Shown here piece after piece: positions 1 through 9,478 of a stretch of 64,000 bases of DNA (positions within the stretch are counted from its first letter, which is position 1; every line of letters begins with the position of its first letter). The notes beneath the pieces were generated by a model. It made no database searches. It was not told where the DNA came from and saw only the letters and a program-made list of their open reading frames with translations. Position numbers and translations under genes: made by a program. Where the stretch lies: positions 160,001-224,000 of the forward strand of contig JBGAHS010000008.1 in assembly GCA_044226015.1 (NCBI GenBank), in the 5' to 3' direction. This DNA comes from Candidatus Obscuribacteraceae bacterium (GTDB lineage Bacteria > Cyanobacteriota > Vampirovibrionia > Obscuribacterales > Obscuribacteraceae).

Positions 1-43
1 AATCGCCGGGAAAGGCAATGATTAGCGCAGAAGCCTAGAGACG

Positions 44-133
44 AAGCACTGGGAGAAGCCGCACCGGAGCGCCACATTCGATTCAAGCACTGGGAGAAGC
101 CGCCCGGGAGCGCCACATTCGATTCAAGCACTG
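44..133. repeat. 41-bp tandem direct repeat, 2 full copies plus an 8-bp partial third
   Basis: 44-84 AAGCACTGGGAGAAGCCGCACCGGAGCGCCACATTCGATTC and 85-125 AAGCACTGGGAGAAGCCGCCCGGGAGCGCCACATTCGATTC (2 mismatches), then AAGCACTG at 126-133. Overlaps the stop codon (124-126) of the acyltransferase gene. Confidence 0.9.
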
Positions 134-1362
134 TAACTAGTTGGAGCAGATGTTGTCTTGATCACTTCAAATTTTTTCTTTGCTTGAAGGAAAGGTGTCT
201 CAAAATATTTGTAGCTCAGACTGGCAACTATTGCGGTCGCCGCAAAAGTCAGTCCGTAAACCAGCAGATTTCCTGCTATTAAATTGGTTTGCGCACTCAG
301 TGCGATGCCCGCTACAACGAACGGAATTAACAGCGGGTGATACATGTACATTCCATACGAAATCACTCCAAGCCGGTCAACTATGCCATCGAGTTTACCG
401 AGTTTCACCGGCGTAAAAGTCAAATCGAGAACGAACAGCGCGAATGCAGTTGCGAGAACACGCTCTCTGCCAGGATATTCTACTCCGAAAGATACAGCTA
501 GAACAGTTGCATAGATTGCCCTGAGCCACGGCGACTTCATAACTTTGCGCACCATATCTGGTGACTTGACTATCAACCAGGCAGCCAAAGCACCAAATGC
601 GAAACATTCAAAGTCGCTATTGTTCACCATGTTGGAAAGCCCTTCAATCTGATGCTGAATAGCCTTCTGTGCGCCCCATGGAAAATAGAATGCGTAATAG
701 GAGAGAACTGAATACAACACCGGCTTCACAGCAAACAGGGTGGCAATTGCCACCGGAACGATTCTTCTGCACAAGTAAAGCAAGAAGGGCCAGAAGAGAT
801 AGAACTGTTCCTCCACGCCTAACGACCAACATTGACCGGCGCCAAGCACGAAGGGAAACTTCGCCAGACAAAGATTCGGAAGAAAGGCTATGTATAGCCC
901 CAACTTTTCAAAGAAATGATTATGAGTCTGTGCCACGAAGCCAGAATAGGCAGACCAAGAGGTCGGGTGCAGAAGCGCAGGCATCGCAAAAAAGGCTAGT
1001 ACAACAACCAGATAATATAGAGGCCAGATGCGCAACATGCGTCGCGCATAGAATTTTTTGATATCAACCGAGTCGCTCTTCTGAATTTCCTTCAGCAGAA
1101 TAAAGCTGATCAAAAACCCACTCAATACAAAAAAGAGTCGCACACCTTCAATGCCCAAACTCTCGAAGAAAAATGCGTCATGCAAATTCGAGAATCCGCA
1201 ATAGTTTTTTGCACGCTCGATGTGATAGACAATAACTGCGCTAGCCGCAAGCATTCTGACCTGGTTCAAGCCAGGAAAGTACATCCGCTCAGCTGCTTTC
1301 TGCTCAGATTTTGCTGAGGCAGGTATTGTGTCTTGCAGAGTCGCGGAGTTAGCTGAATTCAT
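124..1362 (-). CDS. Acyltransferase family 3 (OafA/YrhL-like membrane O-acyltransferase)
   Basis: Family motifs: GLNQVRMLAASAVIVYH, GVRLFFVLSGFLI, FYARRMLRIWPLY, WSLGVEEQFYLFWP, LGVISYGMYMYH, SYKYFETPF. Many transmembrane segments. Confidence 0.9.
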   Translation of the reverse strand: MNSANSATLQDTIPASAKSEQKAAERMYFPGLNQVRMLAASAVIVYHIERAKNYCGFSNLHDAFFFESLGIEGVRLFFVLSGFLISFILLKEIQKSDSVDIKKFYARRMLRIWPLYYLVVVLAFFAMPALLHPTSWSAYSGFVAQTHNHFFEKLGLYIAFLPNLCLAKFPFVLGAGQCWSLGVEEQFYLFWPFLLYLCRRIVPVAIATLFAVKPVLYSVLSYYAFYFPWGAQKAIQHQIEGLSNMVNNSDFECFAFGALAAWLIVKSPDMVRKVMKSPWLRAIYATVLAVSFGVEYPGRERVLATAFALFVLDLTFTPVKLGKLDGIVDRLGVISYGMYMYHPLLIPFVVAGIALSAQTNLIAGNLLVYGLTFAATAIVASLSYKYFETPFLQAKKKFEVIKTTSAPTSYSA

Positions 1363-2042
1363 TGCATGGGTGCCGAATTCGCTGAAGAAGATTTTGTCTT
1401 GTTTGCTGGAGCTGGAGCAGTTGTCGTTGCGTTGGACTTTTCTTCATCCTTTAACAACTTAGCACTGACCGAAGTTTCGCCGCTGTGCTGAACGCGCTTC
1501 ATAAACCGCTCGTTGGTTTCCCATGGCTTTGGCGTTGTTCCGGTCAGCTTCAAAATATGATTACGAGCTGGCTTGTGTCTTTCTTCATCTTCGTAGAATT
1601 TTCCACCAACACCTGGCAAAGAAAGACCATGGAAGCTGGTTCCCTTTTCTTCACCATAATCATTTCTCAGTACGCTGAGCCACTCTCTCACAGCTGAGTT
1701 ATAGAGTTCAGCATCAGTTTCGCCGCCCATTTTGTACTTGCGTTCGTAAGCTTCAGCAAGAACCATATGAACTTCAGAGTTGTCCGGATCTAACTCAAGA
1801 GCTCTGTGCGCAAGCCTGATTGCCTGGTCAGGATGATCAGACTTCATCTGCCTGCTGGCTTGAACTGTCAAAGAGAATGCAGATGAGTCTTTGCTCACCA
1901 TCGACATATCACTGCTGACGACACCCTTTGGCAGCTGCGGCGCGCCATCGTTCATCCAATCAGAGCCATCACTTGCAATAGCAGCGCTGATGTTGCTTGC
2001 CAGGGCAAGCACGGTAACGAAACATACTCTCTTTAGCACCAC
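1359..2042 (-). CDS. Secreted TPR-like repeat protein
   Basis: N-terminal signal peptide (VLKRVCFVTVLALASNISAAIA) and a TPR-like unit DQAIRLAHRALELDPDNSEVHMVLAEAY. AGGAG RBS at 2050-2046, so the start may be the second GTG at 2039. ATGA overlap with the downstream acyltransferase. Confidence 0.75.
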   Translation of the reverse strand: MVLKRVCFVTVLALASNISAAIASDGSDWMNDGAPQLPKGVVSSDMSMVSKDSSAFSLTVQASRQMKSDHPDQAIRLAHRALELDPDNSEVHMVLAEAYERKYKMGGETDAELYNSAVREWLSVLRNDYGEEKGTSFHGLSLPGVGGKFYEDEERHKPARNHILKLTGTTPKPWETNERFMKRVQHSGETSVSAKLLKDEEKSNATTTAPAPANKTKSSSANSAPMQ

Positions 2043-2165
2043 TAACTCCTTGCGACGCGCGGATCTCGTTCAAGCATAATGCCAAGTGTAAGCCAAAACA
2101 TTAGTCTTCACTAAGAGGCTCCATTTGAGGCGCCTCTGGCTCATGAAAACCTTCTCATCGCTCAA

Positions 2166-2909
2166 TCAGGCTTTCCAGCAGGCGATTTCAACGCCATACT
2201 TTTCCTGCAATTGTTTATTTGGTTCTTCAAAATAACGATTCAAGAACGTAATAACATCAGAAGGAACTTTGTCTTCAGAATAGCCCGCGCTGTTTATTTT
2301 CTCTTCCAAACAAGCAGGAACAAACGAAGTATCCACGCCCAACCATTTGTACAAATCTTGAACTGCGTTGATTTTGCCCACCAGCTGATCTTGCACAACA
2401 AGCTTGATTTGCTCTTGCGGAAACACCTCAGCATAGTTATCGATGTACTCGATGTAGCAACCGCGGCGCAAATAGTCGAAAGGAGTGACAGAGAGATTTT
2501 TTTTGTAGGGTCGCTTTTGCGCTGATTCATCTACCAGCACAGATATGGATTGATCTTCAATTCCATTTGCAGTACTGAACCAGTAATTCGAAATTGCCCT
2601 GTGAACAGGATTTCGCAAATTGATGATTATCAAAGCATCGGGAAAGGCTCGTTTGATTCTTTCTGCTGCCTGCTTAGACTCTATGTAAGATGTCGATTTT
2701 TCGCCATAAATTAGAGGGGCATCCTTTCGCCCAAAATACTTAGCGAGATATTCGTCAACGCGATGCTCTGAGCCTTCTTCAAGGAAAAACTTGGGCTCTG
2801 GCTTGGGTGGAAACGCCATCTCTATCTGCGGATGCGCATCTAGAATATTTGAAAGATAGGTCGTCGCAGATCGCTGTGCACCAACAATGAAGAAGTGCTT
2901 ACGAGTCAT
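2166..2909 (-). CDS. PAPS-dependent sulfotransferase
   Basis: 5'-PSB loop FFIVGAQRSATTYL, EPKFF, GEKSTSY and 3'-PB motif LRNPVHRAISNY. No signal peptide. Overlaps the upstream GT2 gene by 11 nt. Confidence 0.9.
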   Translation of the reverse strand: MTRKHFFIVGAQRSATTYLSNILDAHPQIEMAFPPKPEPKFFLEEGSEHRVDEYLAKYFGRKDAPLIYGEKSTSYIESKQAAERIKRAFPDALIIINLRNPVHRAISNYWFSTANGIEDQSISVLVDESAQKRPYKKNLSVTPFDYLRRGCYIEYIDNYAEVFPQEQIKLVVQDQLVGKINAVQDLYKWLGVDTSFVPACLEEKINSAGYSEDKVPSDVITFLNRYFEEPNKQLQEKYGVEIACWKA

Positions 2910-3903
2910 AATTCATTGTCTCTCGAACGTGATAACTACTTTCGTTAGAGGTGGTGTTGATAATGCGAATCAAGTATTCACCAACCATCGCGAACATCAT
3001 GGCAAATAGCCCGTTATAAAAGGACATCAAAACCATCAGTGAAGTCCAGCCAGGGACATGGGTGTTGCCCAGCATGGCTCTGAAAATAAGAAATATTCCA
3101 AACCAAAAACTCACTGTCGAAACAATAAAGCCTACGGTGCAGACGAATTTGAGGGGAAACGAGGAGTAGTTGAAGAGAATGGTCAATACAAGCTTGATTA
3201 TGCGGGTCAAGCTATAATTTGACTTGCCTTCTTTGCGTTCATGGTGCTCAACATCAACGTTTGCCATGCGACTTGCATTGTTCACGGCAATTCCATTGAT
3301 GTAAGGAAACGCCGTTTTGTACTGGCAAATTCTTTGGGTCAAGCGCCTATCCATCAGTCGGAAATTTGTTAGCGCGAAATCTTTTGGCTTGGCAAAAACA
3401 CGCTCATTGAGCAGCTGGATTATGCGGCTGCCCAGCTGACGGTAGACCGCATGTTTCTTATTCAAATAGCGACCGCAAACGAAATCATGATTGCCACCAA
3501 CAGCCTTGCTAATAAGCTGCATTATCAGCTCTGGTGGATTTTGCAAATCATCATCAATGGTAATAGTGTAGTCAGCATCACTGTGACGCAATCCACAAAG
3601 CAACGCTGCATGTTGACCGTAATTATGACCCAGGTCGATTGCAATTATGTTTTTGTCTTCTTCAGCTGCATTGCGAATCACCTGCCAGCTGCGATCTGAA
3701 CTTCCATCATTCACTGCAACTATGGTGTAGTTCAGATTGTTGTTTCTGCAAACAGCTTGTGTGCGCTTCAGCGTCTCGCCAATAATTTTCTCGCTGTTAA
3801 ATACCGGAATGACAATACAATACGAGTGCCGACTGATAAGTTCGTTCGACACGACTGCATTTGAACTGCTACACAATATTTCTGGCATAAAGACCCGAAA
3901 CAA
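2899..3903 (-). CDS. Glycosyltransferase family 2, polyprenol-phosphate glycosyltransferase type (GtrB/ArnC/DPM1-like)
   Basis: IVIPVFNSE, VNDGSSD, NYGQHAALLCG, IDDDLQNPP, FRLMDR, R-x-x-GKSNY, two C-terminal TM helices, VPGWTSL and GEYLIR. The start is uncertain (TTG 3903 or ATG 3888). Confidence 0.9.
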   Translation of the reverse strand: MFRVFMPEILCSSSNAVVSNELISRHSYCIVIPVFNSEKIIGETLKRTQAVCRNNNLNYTIVAVNDGSSDRSWQVIRNAAEEDKNIIAIDLGHNYGQHAALLCGLRHSDADYTITIDDDLQNPPELIMQLISKAVGGNHDFVCGRYLNKKHAVYRQLGSRIIQLLNERVFAKPKDFALTNFRLMDRRLTQRICQYKTAFPYINGIAVNNASRMANVDVEHHERKEGKSNYSLTRIIKLVLTILFNYSSFPLKFVCTVGFIVSTVSFWFGIFLIFRAMLGNTHVPGWTSLMVLMSFYNGLFAMMFAMVGEYLIRIINTTSNESSYHVRETMNYDS

Positions 3904-3987
3904 AAACAGACTTAATCATCTGCGCAAGCCTCTTGATTTTCAAGATAAGCGCTTTAATATTTCAAGCCTAGTTATATTTTTGCTAAT

Positions 3988-5826
3988 CTAAATGATGCCT
4001 TTGTCTTTTAGCATGTTCATCACCAATGCGACTTCATCATCAAGCGACATGCTGCTTGAATCTACCCGCAATTGAGGATGTTTCGGAATCTGATAGGGCT
4101 GGTCAAAACCGGTAAAGGACTGAACTTGACCCTTAGCGAAGCGTTCATACAAACCCTTCGGGTCACGTTTCTGGCAAGTTTCTAATGGACAGAATACGAA
4201 GACCTCTAAGAAGTCATCTTGCCCAATAATTTGAGCTGCCATTTGACGGTCACGTTCATAAGGAGAAATGACGGCGACTATACAGATTGAACCTGCATTA
4301 ATAAGGAACTTGGAGAGATGCGCAAGTCGGCGGACATTTTCCGAACGATCTTCCGGGGTAAATCCGAGGTCTGCGCAAAGCCCAAGGCGCATGTTGTCTG
4401 CATCGATGACCGAAACATTCTTTCCTTGATTGAAGAGGTCACGTTCAATTGCTTTTGCCAGACTGCTCTTACCTGCGCCAGAAAGACCAGTGAGCCAGAT
4501 GACTGCAGCCTTATGCTGCTGCCGCTTCTCTCGCTGCTCGCGCTCGATAAATCCGCGCTCTTGATGCACGTTCGGGTTCACAGTAATGGTGCGAATCAGA
4601 TGCGTGTCACGAGTGTCAATTAAGCCTGCAGCGACTGTTTCGTGTTCAGTACAGATAACCAATTTATTGAGAGCATCGGAGGCGGAACTCAAGTCAAAAG
4701 CGACAGGAGAACTTGCTTTCAACAAGACATCGGCGAAGTCACCCTTCTCCAATTTGTTGTTAGCAGTTTGCGCGGTGCCTTCATCGTCAACGACGGATTT
4801 TTTGATTTCGATGGAACAGTTAACTTGCTTGGTACCGAGCTTGAGAATGTAGCTCTGAGCTGGGTTGAACGGCACCGCACCAATCCAGACTAATCGCGCC
4901 ATAACTTGCGTATCCACATGTGGTTGCTGATCTGCGAGACTCACAACCTCGCCTCTTTCGACAAACAACTGATCAGCAAGACGCAACCCGACAGAACGAC
5001 CACGCTCTGCAGACTTGAGCCCTTCATTTGGCCAATCATCTATAGATTCTAATTTCGCAAGTTTTCCAGATGGAGAGAAACAAATATCAGAACCAGCAGG
5101 AAGCATTCCCGACACTACACGACCAGCGAAATAGCGATGGTCACCAAATTTGTAGATGTCCTGCAAAACCATTCTGAAAGGAGAACTAGAAGGTTCTGGC
5201 TTCTCCGTGCAAAGCTTGAACAGTACATCGAGCAGCACCTGCCCTTCGTACCATGGCATATTCTTCGAGCGATCCAAAATGTTCTCACCATGCAATGCCA
5301 CCATAGGTATCGAAGCAATGCACTCAATTCCTTCGTCAGAAATCGTTTTCTGCACGGCAGTTGCGGTGGTATCAAAAACGTCCTTGTCGTAGCCGACTTT
5401 GTCCATTTTGTTTATGGCAATAATGACTTTGCTAACGCCAAGAATTCCAAGAATACGAAGATGACGTGTTGTTTGCGCTCGAATACCTTCCTTAGCGTCA
5501 ACGACGATTACGCCACAATCAGCAAGAGACGCACCAGATGCCATGTTTTTCAAGAAATCGATGTGTCCAGGTGCATCAATAAGAAAGAAGCGCTCACCTT
5601 TATGTTCAAACTTGATTGAAGTGGTATCAATACTGATGCCTTGAGCTTGTTCTTCTTCAAGCGCATCCAGGAAGAATGCGGGCTCAAGCGCTATTCCTTT
5701 GGACGCACAAATGCTCTTTACGCGTTCTATTTTGTCTTGCTTAAGTTGCCCTGTCTCCGAAAGCAAGCGACCAAGCAGTGTGGATTTACCATGGTCAACG
5801 TGACCAACAACTACGACATTATGCAT
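3988..5826 (-). CDS. cysNC: Bifunctional sulfate adenylyltransferase subunit 1 / adenylylsulfate kinase (CysNC/NodQ-type)
   Basis: GTPase motifs [19 protein letters not shown] and NKMD. C-terminal APS kinase motifs [25 protein letters not shown] and RDPKGLY. Lies directly downstream of cysD. Confidence 0.92.
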   Translation of the reverse strand: MHNVVVVGHVDHGKSTLLGRLLSETGQLKQDKIERVKSICASKGIALEPAFFLDALEEEQAQGISIDTTSIKFEHKGERFFLIDAPGHIDFLKNMASGASLADCGVIVVDAKEGIRAQTTRHLRILGILGVSKVIIAINKMDKVGYDKDVFDTTATAVQKTISDEGIECIASIPMVALHGENILDRSKNMPWYEGQVLLDVLFKLCTEKPEPSSSPFRMVLQDIYKFGDHRYFAGRVVSGMLPAGSDICFSPSGKLAKLESIDDWPNEGLKSAERGRSVGLRLADQLFVERGEVVSLADQQPHVDTQVMARLVWIGAVPFNPAQSYILKLGTKQVNCSIEIKKSVVDDEGTAQTANNKLEKGDFADVLLKASSPVAFDLSSASDALNKLVICTEHETVAAGLIDTRDTHLIRTITVNPNVHQERGFIEREQREKRQQHKAAVIWLTGLSGAGKSSLAKAIERDLFNQGKNVSVIDADNMRLGLCADLGFTPEDRSENVRRLAHLSKFLINAGSICIVAVISPYERDRQMAAQIIGQDDFLEVFVFCPLETCQKRDPKGLYERFAKGQVQSFTGFDQPYQIPKHPQLRVDSSSMSLDDEVALVMNMLKDKGII

Positions 5827-5835
5827 TTTCTACCA

Positions 5836-6636
5836 TCACATGTAACCGCTGGAACGAAGTTTTTGCATGGCGTAAGCATGCTCTAAATCTTGCGCTCTGC
5901 CAGCTCTTTCGCTGCTGGGAACGCTGCGCAATTCTTCAATTATCTCGTCAATATTTTTTGCTGTAGATTCAATTGTTCCTGTGCAAGGAGCGCAGCCAAG
6001 ACTTCTGTAGCGCTTGCCATTGTTTGTGAAATACAGTGGCATTACATCGAGATTCTCTTGCCTGATGTACTCCCAAACATCGAGTTCTGTCCACTGCAAA
6101 ATTGGATGAACTCTCAGATGGATATTTTCTGGAACATGCAAATTGTAGAAGTTCCACATCTCGGCTGGCTGATCTTTGTATGTCCAGGAGGCGTCAGTGC
6201 TGCGTGGTGAAACCACTCGCTCTTTGGCTCTTGAGCCTTCTTCATCACGGCGAATTCCCAGCAAAAGCCCTTGAATTTTATGCTCTTCAACTGTGTCTTG
6301 AAGTGCTTTAGTCTTCAGCGCACCACAACAAACCAGGCGTCCCTTTTCGTGGTTCATTCCTTCAGCGAGTGCTTGTTTGTTTTGCCCGATGATCAAACGC
6401 AAATTGTTGTTGCGCACGAAATCGTCGCGCCACGTGATCATTTCAGGAATTTTGTAACTGGTGTCTATATGCAAAAGGGGTATTGGAAAATGTCCAAAGA
6501 ACGCCTTGCGAACTAGATGCAGCAGAACGGTAGAATCTTTTCCCATCGACCAGAGAAGCGCGAGATTGCCTACATGCCGGTAAGCTTCGCGAATGATGTA
6601 AACACTTTCGTTCTCTAGATCTTTTAGATGACTCAT
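5836..6636 (-). CDS. cysD: Sulfate adenylyltransferase subunit 2
   Basis: HLKDLENESVYIIREA, SMGKDSTVLLHL, LLHIDT, RRDEEGSRAKER, RVHPILQWTELDVW, YRSLGCAPCT, C-terminal GYM. Confidence 0.95.
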   Translation of the reverse strand: MSHLKDLENESVYIIREAYRHVGNLALLWSMGKDSTVLLHLVRKAFFGHFPIPLLHIDTSYKIPEMITWRDDFVRNNNLRLIIGQNKQALAEGMNHEKGRLVCCGALKTKALQDTVEEHKIQGLLLGIRRDEEGSRAKERVVSPRSTDASWTYKDQPAEMWNFYNLHVPENIHLRVHPILQWTELDVWEYIRQENLDVMPLYFTNNGKRYRSLGCAPCTGTIESTAKNIDEIIEELRSVPSSERAGRAQDLEHAYAMQKLRSSGYM

Positions 6637-6851
6637 TTGAATTCCCTGAACTGCCGCTTATTTAGCCTGTCTCGCGGAACAATTCCTTCTTTAAGCGAAT
6701 GTCTTCAGTGCGTGTAATCAGCTTGGAGTCTGCCTGCGCGAATTGCATCGTAGCAGAGGGGCAAGATTCAATCATTAGTTTTTTTTCTGCGAATTCCAGT
6801 TTCCTCAGTTCAGCATTAGCAAAATGGACTTTTCTCATGCTGAATCTCCCC

Positions 6852-6857
6852 TATAAT
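6852..6857 (+). promoter_or_regulatory. Candidate sigma70 -10 box for the TauE gene
   Basis: Perfect TATAAT, 25 nt upstream of a GTG (6883) that has a GAGG RBS (6874-6877). No good -35 at canonical spacing. Confidence 0.35.
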
Positions 6858-7698
6858 GTCAACAGTAGGCAATGAGGCTACAGTGGACTTTCACGGACAA
6901 GAGTTCTCTCTATACCTTCTCACTGGGCTGGTCGCGCAGCTCATCGGCTCTCTCTTGGGCATGGGAAACGGGACAATATCCAGCGCAGTGCTGTTGATGA
7001 TGGGGTTACCACCAGCAGTGGCAAGCGCCAGCTCTAACACCGCCTCATTTGTCACCACGAGCTTGTCAAGCTGGTTTCACCATAAAGCTGGAAACATTGA
7101 CAAAACGCTGTTTCTCAACCTTGTGTTCACTGGAATTCTGGGGTCTCTGATTGGTTCAGCACTGCTAATTCACGTAAAGACTGAAATCGTGAAGCCTTTA
7201 TTCGGCACGTATCTGTTTGTGCTTTCATTAATGATTGCCTGGAAAACGTTTGCAAAACGTAAAGAAAACGGCTCAGGAAGTGAACGAAAAATTTCGGACA
7301 CGCGAGTACGCATCTTAGGACTGATTGGCGGATTGTTGGGCGCGCTCGGTGGCGGTGGCTGGGGTCCCTTCGTAAACGGCCAGCTCGTGGCTGACGGTGA
7401 GTCACCACGATTTTCAGTTGCATCGTCGAACGCTGCAAAATCAATTTCGACATTAGTGACTGCACTGACACTGGTGATTTTTGCGAAATCAGCAAACTGG
7501 ACTGCGATTGCGGGGCTGATTCTAGGTGGTGTCATAGCAGCACCAATCGGAGCGCCGGCTATCAAAAGAATGCCACCATTGATCTTGAAGGGCTGCATGG
7601 CTGCACTATTGCTCTTGTTAGCAGTGAAGATTATTCAGGATGACTTTCAAGCTCTTTCAGCCGCAGTAATTGCACAGGTTCAGGGAACCATTCTCTAG
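6856..7698 (+). CDS. Sulfite exporter TauE/SafE (TSUP) family transporter
   Basis: GLVAQLIGSLLGMGNG, PAVASAS, HHKAGNID, GLLGALGGGGWGP, GGVIAAPIGA, about 8 TM helices. Divergent from cysD. True start is likely GTG 6883. Confidence 0.88.
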   Translation: MSTVGNEATVDFHGQEFSLYLLTGLVAQLIGSLLGMGNGTISSAVLLMMGLPPAVASASSNTASFVTTSLSSWFHHKAGNIDKTLFLNLVFTGILGSLIGSALLIHVKTEIVKPLFGTYLFVLSLMIAWKTFAKRKENGSGSERKISDTRVRILGLIGGLLGALGGGGWGPFVNGQLVADGESPRFSVASSNAAKSISTLVTALTLVIFAKSANWTAIAGLILGGVIAAPIGAPAIKRMPPLILKGCMAALLLLLAVKIIQDDFQALSAAVIAQVQGTIL

Positions 7699-7731
7699 TA
7701 TTTGGATGTTCGAATCGAAAGATGGTAAGCA

Positions 7732-7860
7732 ATGACCAGGAAATTGCTAATAGCAGGCACGTTTTTTTTGGTCTTATTTTGCGCCGTATTCGACGATAAT
7801 TCGTTTGATATTCAAATGAAAAATGACAAAGTCGTTGGCTACAAGGTCTTCCAAAGATAG
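7732..7860 (+). CDS. Possible 42-aa small membrane/secreted peptide or gene remnant (not in the ORF track)
   Basis: ATG 7732 to TAG 7860: MTRKLLIAGTFFLVLFCAVFDDNSFDIQMKNDKVVGYKVFQR. Basic N-terminus followed by a hydrophobic core, like a signal peptide. Confidence 0.4.
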   Translation: MTRKLLIAGTFFLVLFCAVFDDNSFDIQMKNDKVVGYKVFQR

Positions 7861-7979
7861 AAAGTGATTAGTCCATTAGCGGCCCGAGCCTGTCTTGCGA
7901 GCTTCAAAAGGAACTGAGAAAGAACCTCTCTGACGCTGGTTAGATTTAGCGTTCAGCAAAGAGAGAACAACGACGCTCT

Positions 7980-9251
7980 TTATTTGACGTACTTCACGCG
8001 CATATCTAGGAATGGTTTTTCGATTGTTGAATAAGTCAACCATGAGACCAAACATGTGACTGGCACCACCGCTAATGCAGTAAATCCGCAGGCAAGCCAG
8101 AACTGAGTGCCACCAGATGCAAGCGCTGGATGAAAATACTTTTCAATGTAAGGTTGGAACCAATAAATCATTGTTCGCGCAAAGAAATAGTGGGTCACAT
8201 AAACTGAGAAACTGAGGGTTCCAAGAAAGGCAAAGAAGCGCGAAATCGTCGGATTCATCTTGATGGAACAAGCACAATACGAGACGATAACGAAGCCCCA
8301 GAGAGAAGCTTCAATTGGCGAGAACACGATCCACAATGGGCTGCGTGAGGTGTATTCCCAACCGCCGAATTTGTGGAAAGTCAGCAAGCCAGCCAACAAA
8401 GTGGTTAATGATGTGAACAAGAAAATTGGATGTTTGACTGCCCGTGAAATACTATCAAACGAGAGCCCCAGCATCATTCCGATAAGGAACTGATCGATGC
8501 GTCCAAAGATAGTTCGATAGGCAAAATCATTGACGGTGCCAGCAGTGAAATAGACCAGGGCGCGAATCACCACTGCCAATGCAATAAACTTCCACAAGGC
8601 AATATTGCCACGCTCTCTCTGAAACTTCAGGAAGAATGGAAACAAAAGATAGAACTGGAATTCTACTGCAATGGTCCAGAGCTGAGATGTAATGGTTCGG
8701 TGATCAACACCACTCACGTTCTGAAGGCAGAGGACAGAAGAGAGAACCTTGAGCAAATCACGACAATCAGGGCTGACGTAAACTGCTAAGAGAATCGCAG
8801 ACATGAACAACGGATAAATGCGAAGGATGCGATTGAGCAAGAAGCCTTTGTACTCTATTTGCTTGGACTTACAAATTCTGGCGAACAAAAAACCACTCAG
8901 CGTCATGAAAAGGGCGACAGCGGTATGCCCTTCAAATGTCAGAGTTTGAGCCAAATAAGTGAGCCCACTGCAATTCCCCATAATCTGGTAGCAGGCCATC
9001 CAAGTGTTATCAACATTGTGCAGAACACAGAGAAAAGGACAGACAGCATGATGGAAAACAATGAGCAAAGCCGCGAAGAATCGCAAGTGATCGATTCTCT
9101 CGTTATACGCTGAGTTAAGGGAGTACCCACTTACTAATGCTCTTTCGAGCATCGTATGTGGTGCCTCAACTTTTTCCACTATGTTTTGTGTGGATACGTC
9201 CTGCATTTCTGCCTGCAAAAACCTGATTCGGCCTGACTTAGAAGGTAACAC
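7980..9251 (-). CDS. Acyltransferase family 3 (second copy)
   Basis: IDHLRFFAALLIVFHH, AVALFMTLSGFLF, FLLNRILRIYPL, WTIAVEFQFYLLFP, LGTLSFSVYVTH, TYSTIEKPF. The start is uncertain and may lie downstream of 9251. Confidence 0.9.
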   Translation of the reverse strand: MLPSKSGRIRFLQAEMQDVSTQNIVEKVEAPHTMLERALVSGYSLNSAYNERIDHLRFFAALLIVFHHAVCPFLCVLHNVDNTWMACYQIMGNCSGLTYLAQTLTFEGHTAVALFMTLSGFLFARICKSKQIEYKGFLLNRILRIYPLFMSAILLAVYVSPDCRDLLKVLSSVLCLQNVSGVDHRTITSQLWTIAVEFQFYLLFPFFLKFQRERGNIALWKFIALAVVIRALVYFTAGTVNDFAYRTIFGRIDQFLIGMMLGLSFDSISRAVKHPIFLFTSLTTLLAGLLTFHKFGGWEYTSRSPLWIVFSPIEASLWGFVIVSYCACSIKMNPTISRFFAFLGTLSFSVYVTHYFFARTMIYWFQPYIEKYFHPALASGGTQFWLACGFTALAVVPVTCLVSWLTYSTIEKPFLDMRVKYVK

Positions 9252-9478
9252 AGGCTAGTCAAGGGTATCTGAAAGCCGGTTAACTTACCGCTTCGCCAAC
9301 AAGCGACACGGGCATTCTAAACAAGGTCTAACTTAAGTTGGTGATAATCAACCGCTGGGTTCACTAATTTTGTAGTCAAGCATCACGTCCCCTCGGCAAT
9401 ACGCCTGGTTCGACTAGCTCCAAAGAATGGGCTTAAATTCAAATTTCTCTGAACTTAACTCAGCAGTCGGATTTGCAT

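Noticed and set aside
44..133. CRISPR array
   Set aside because: The units are adjacent and nearly identical along their whole length, with no unique spacers, and no cas genes are present.
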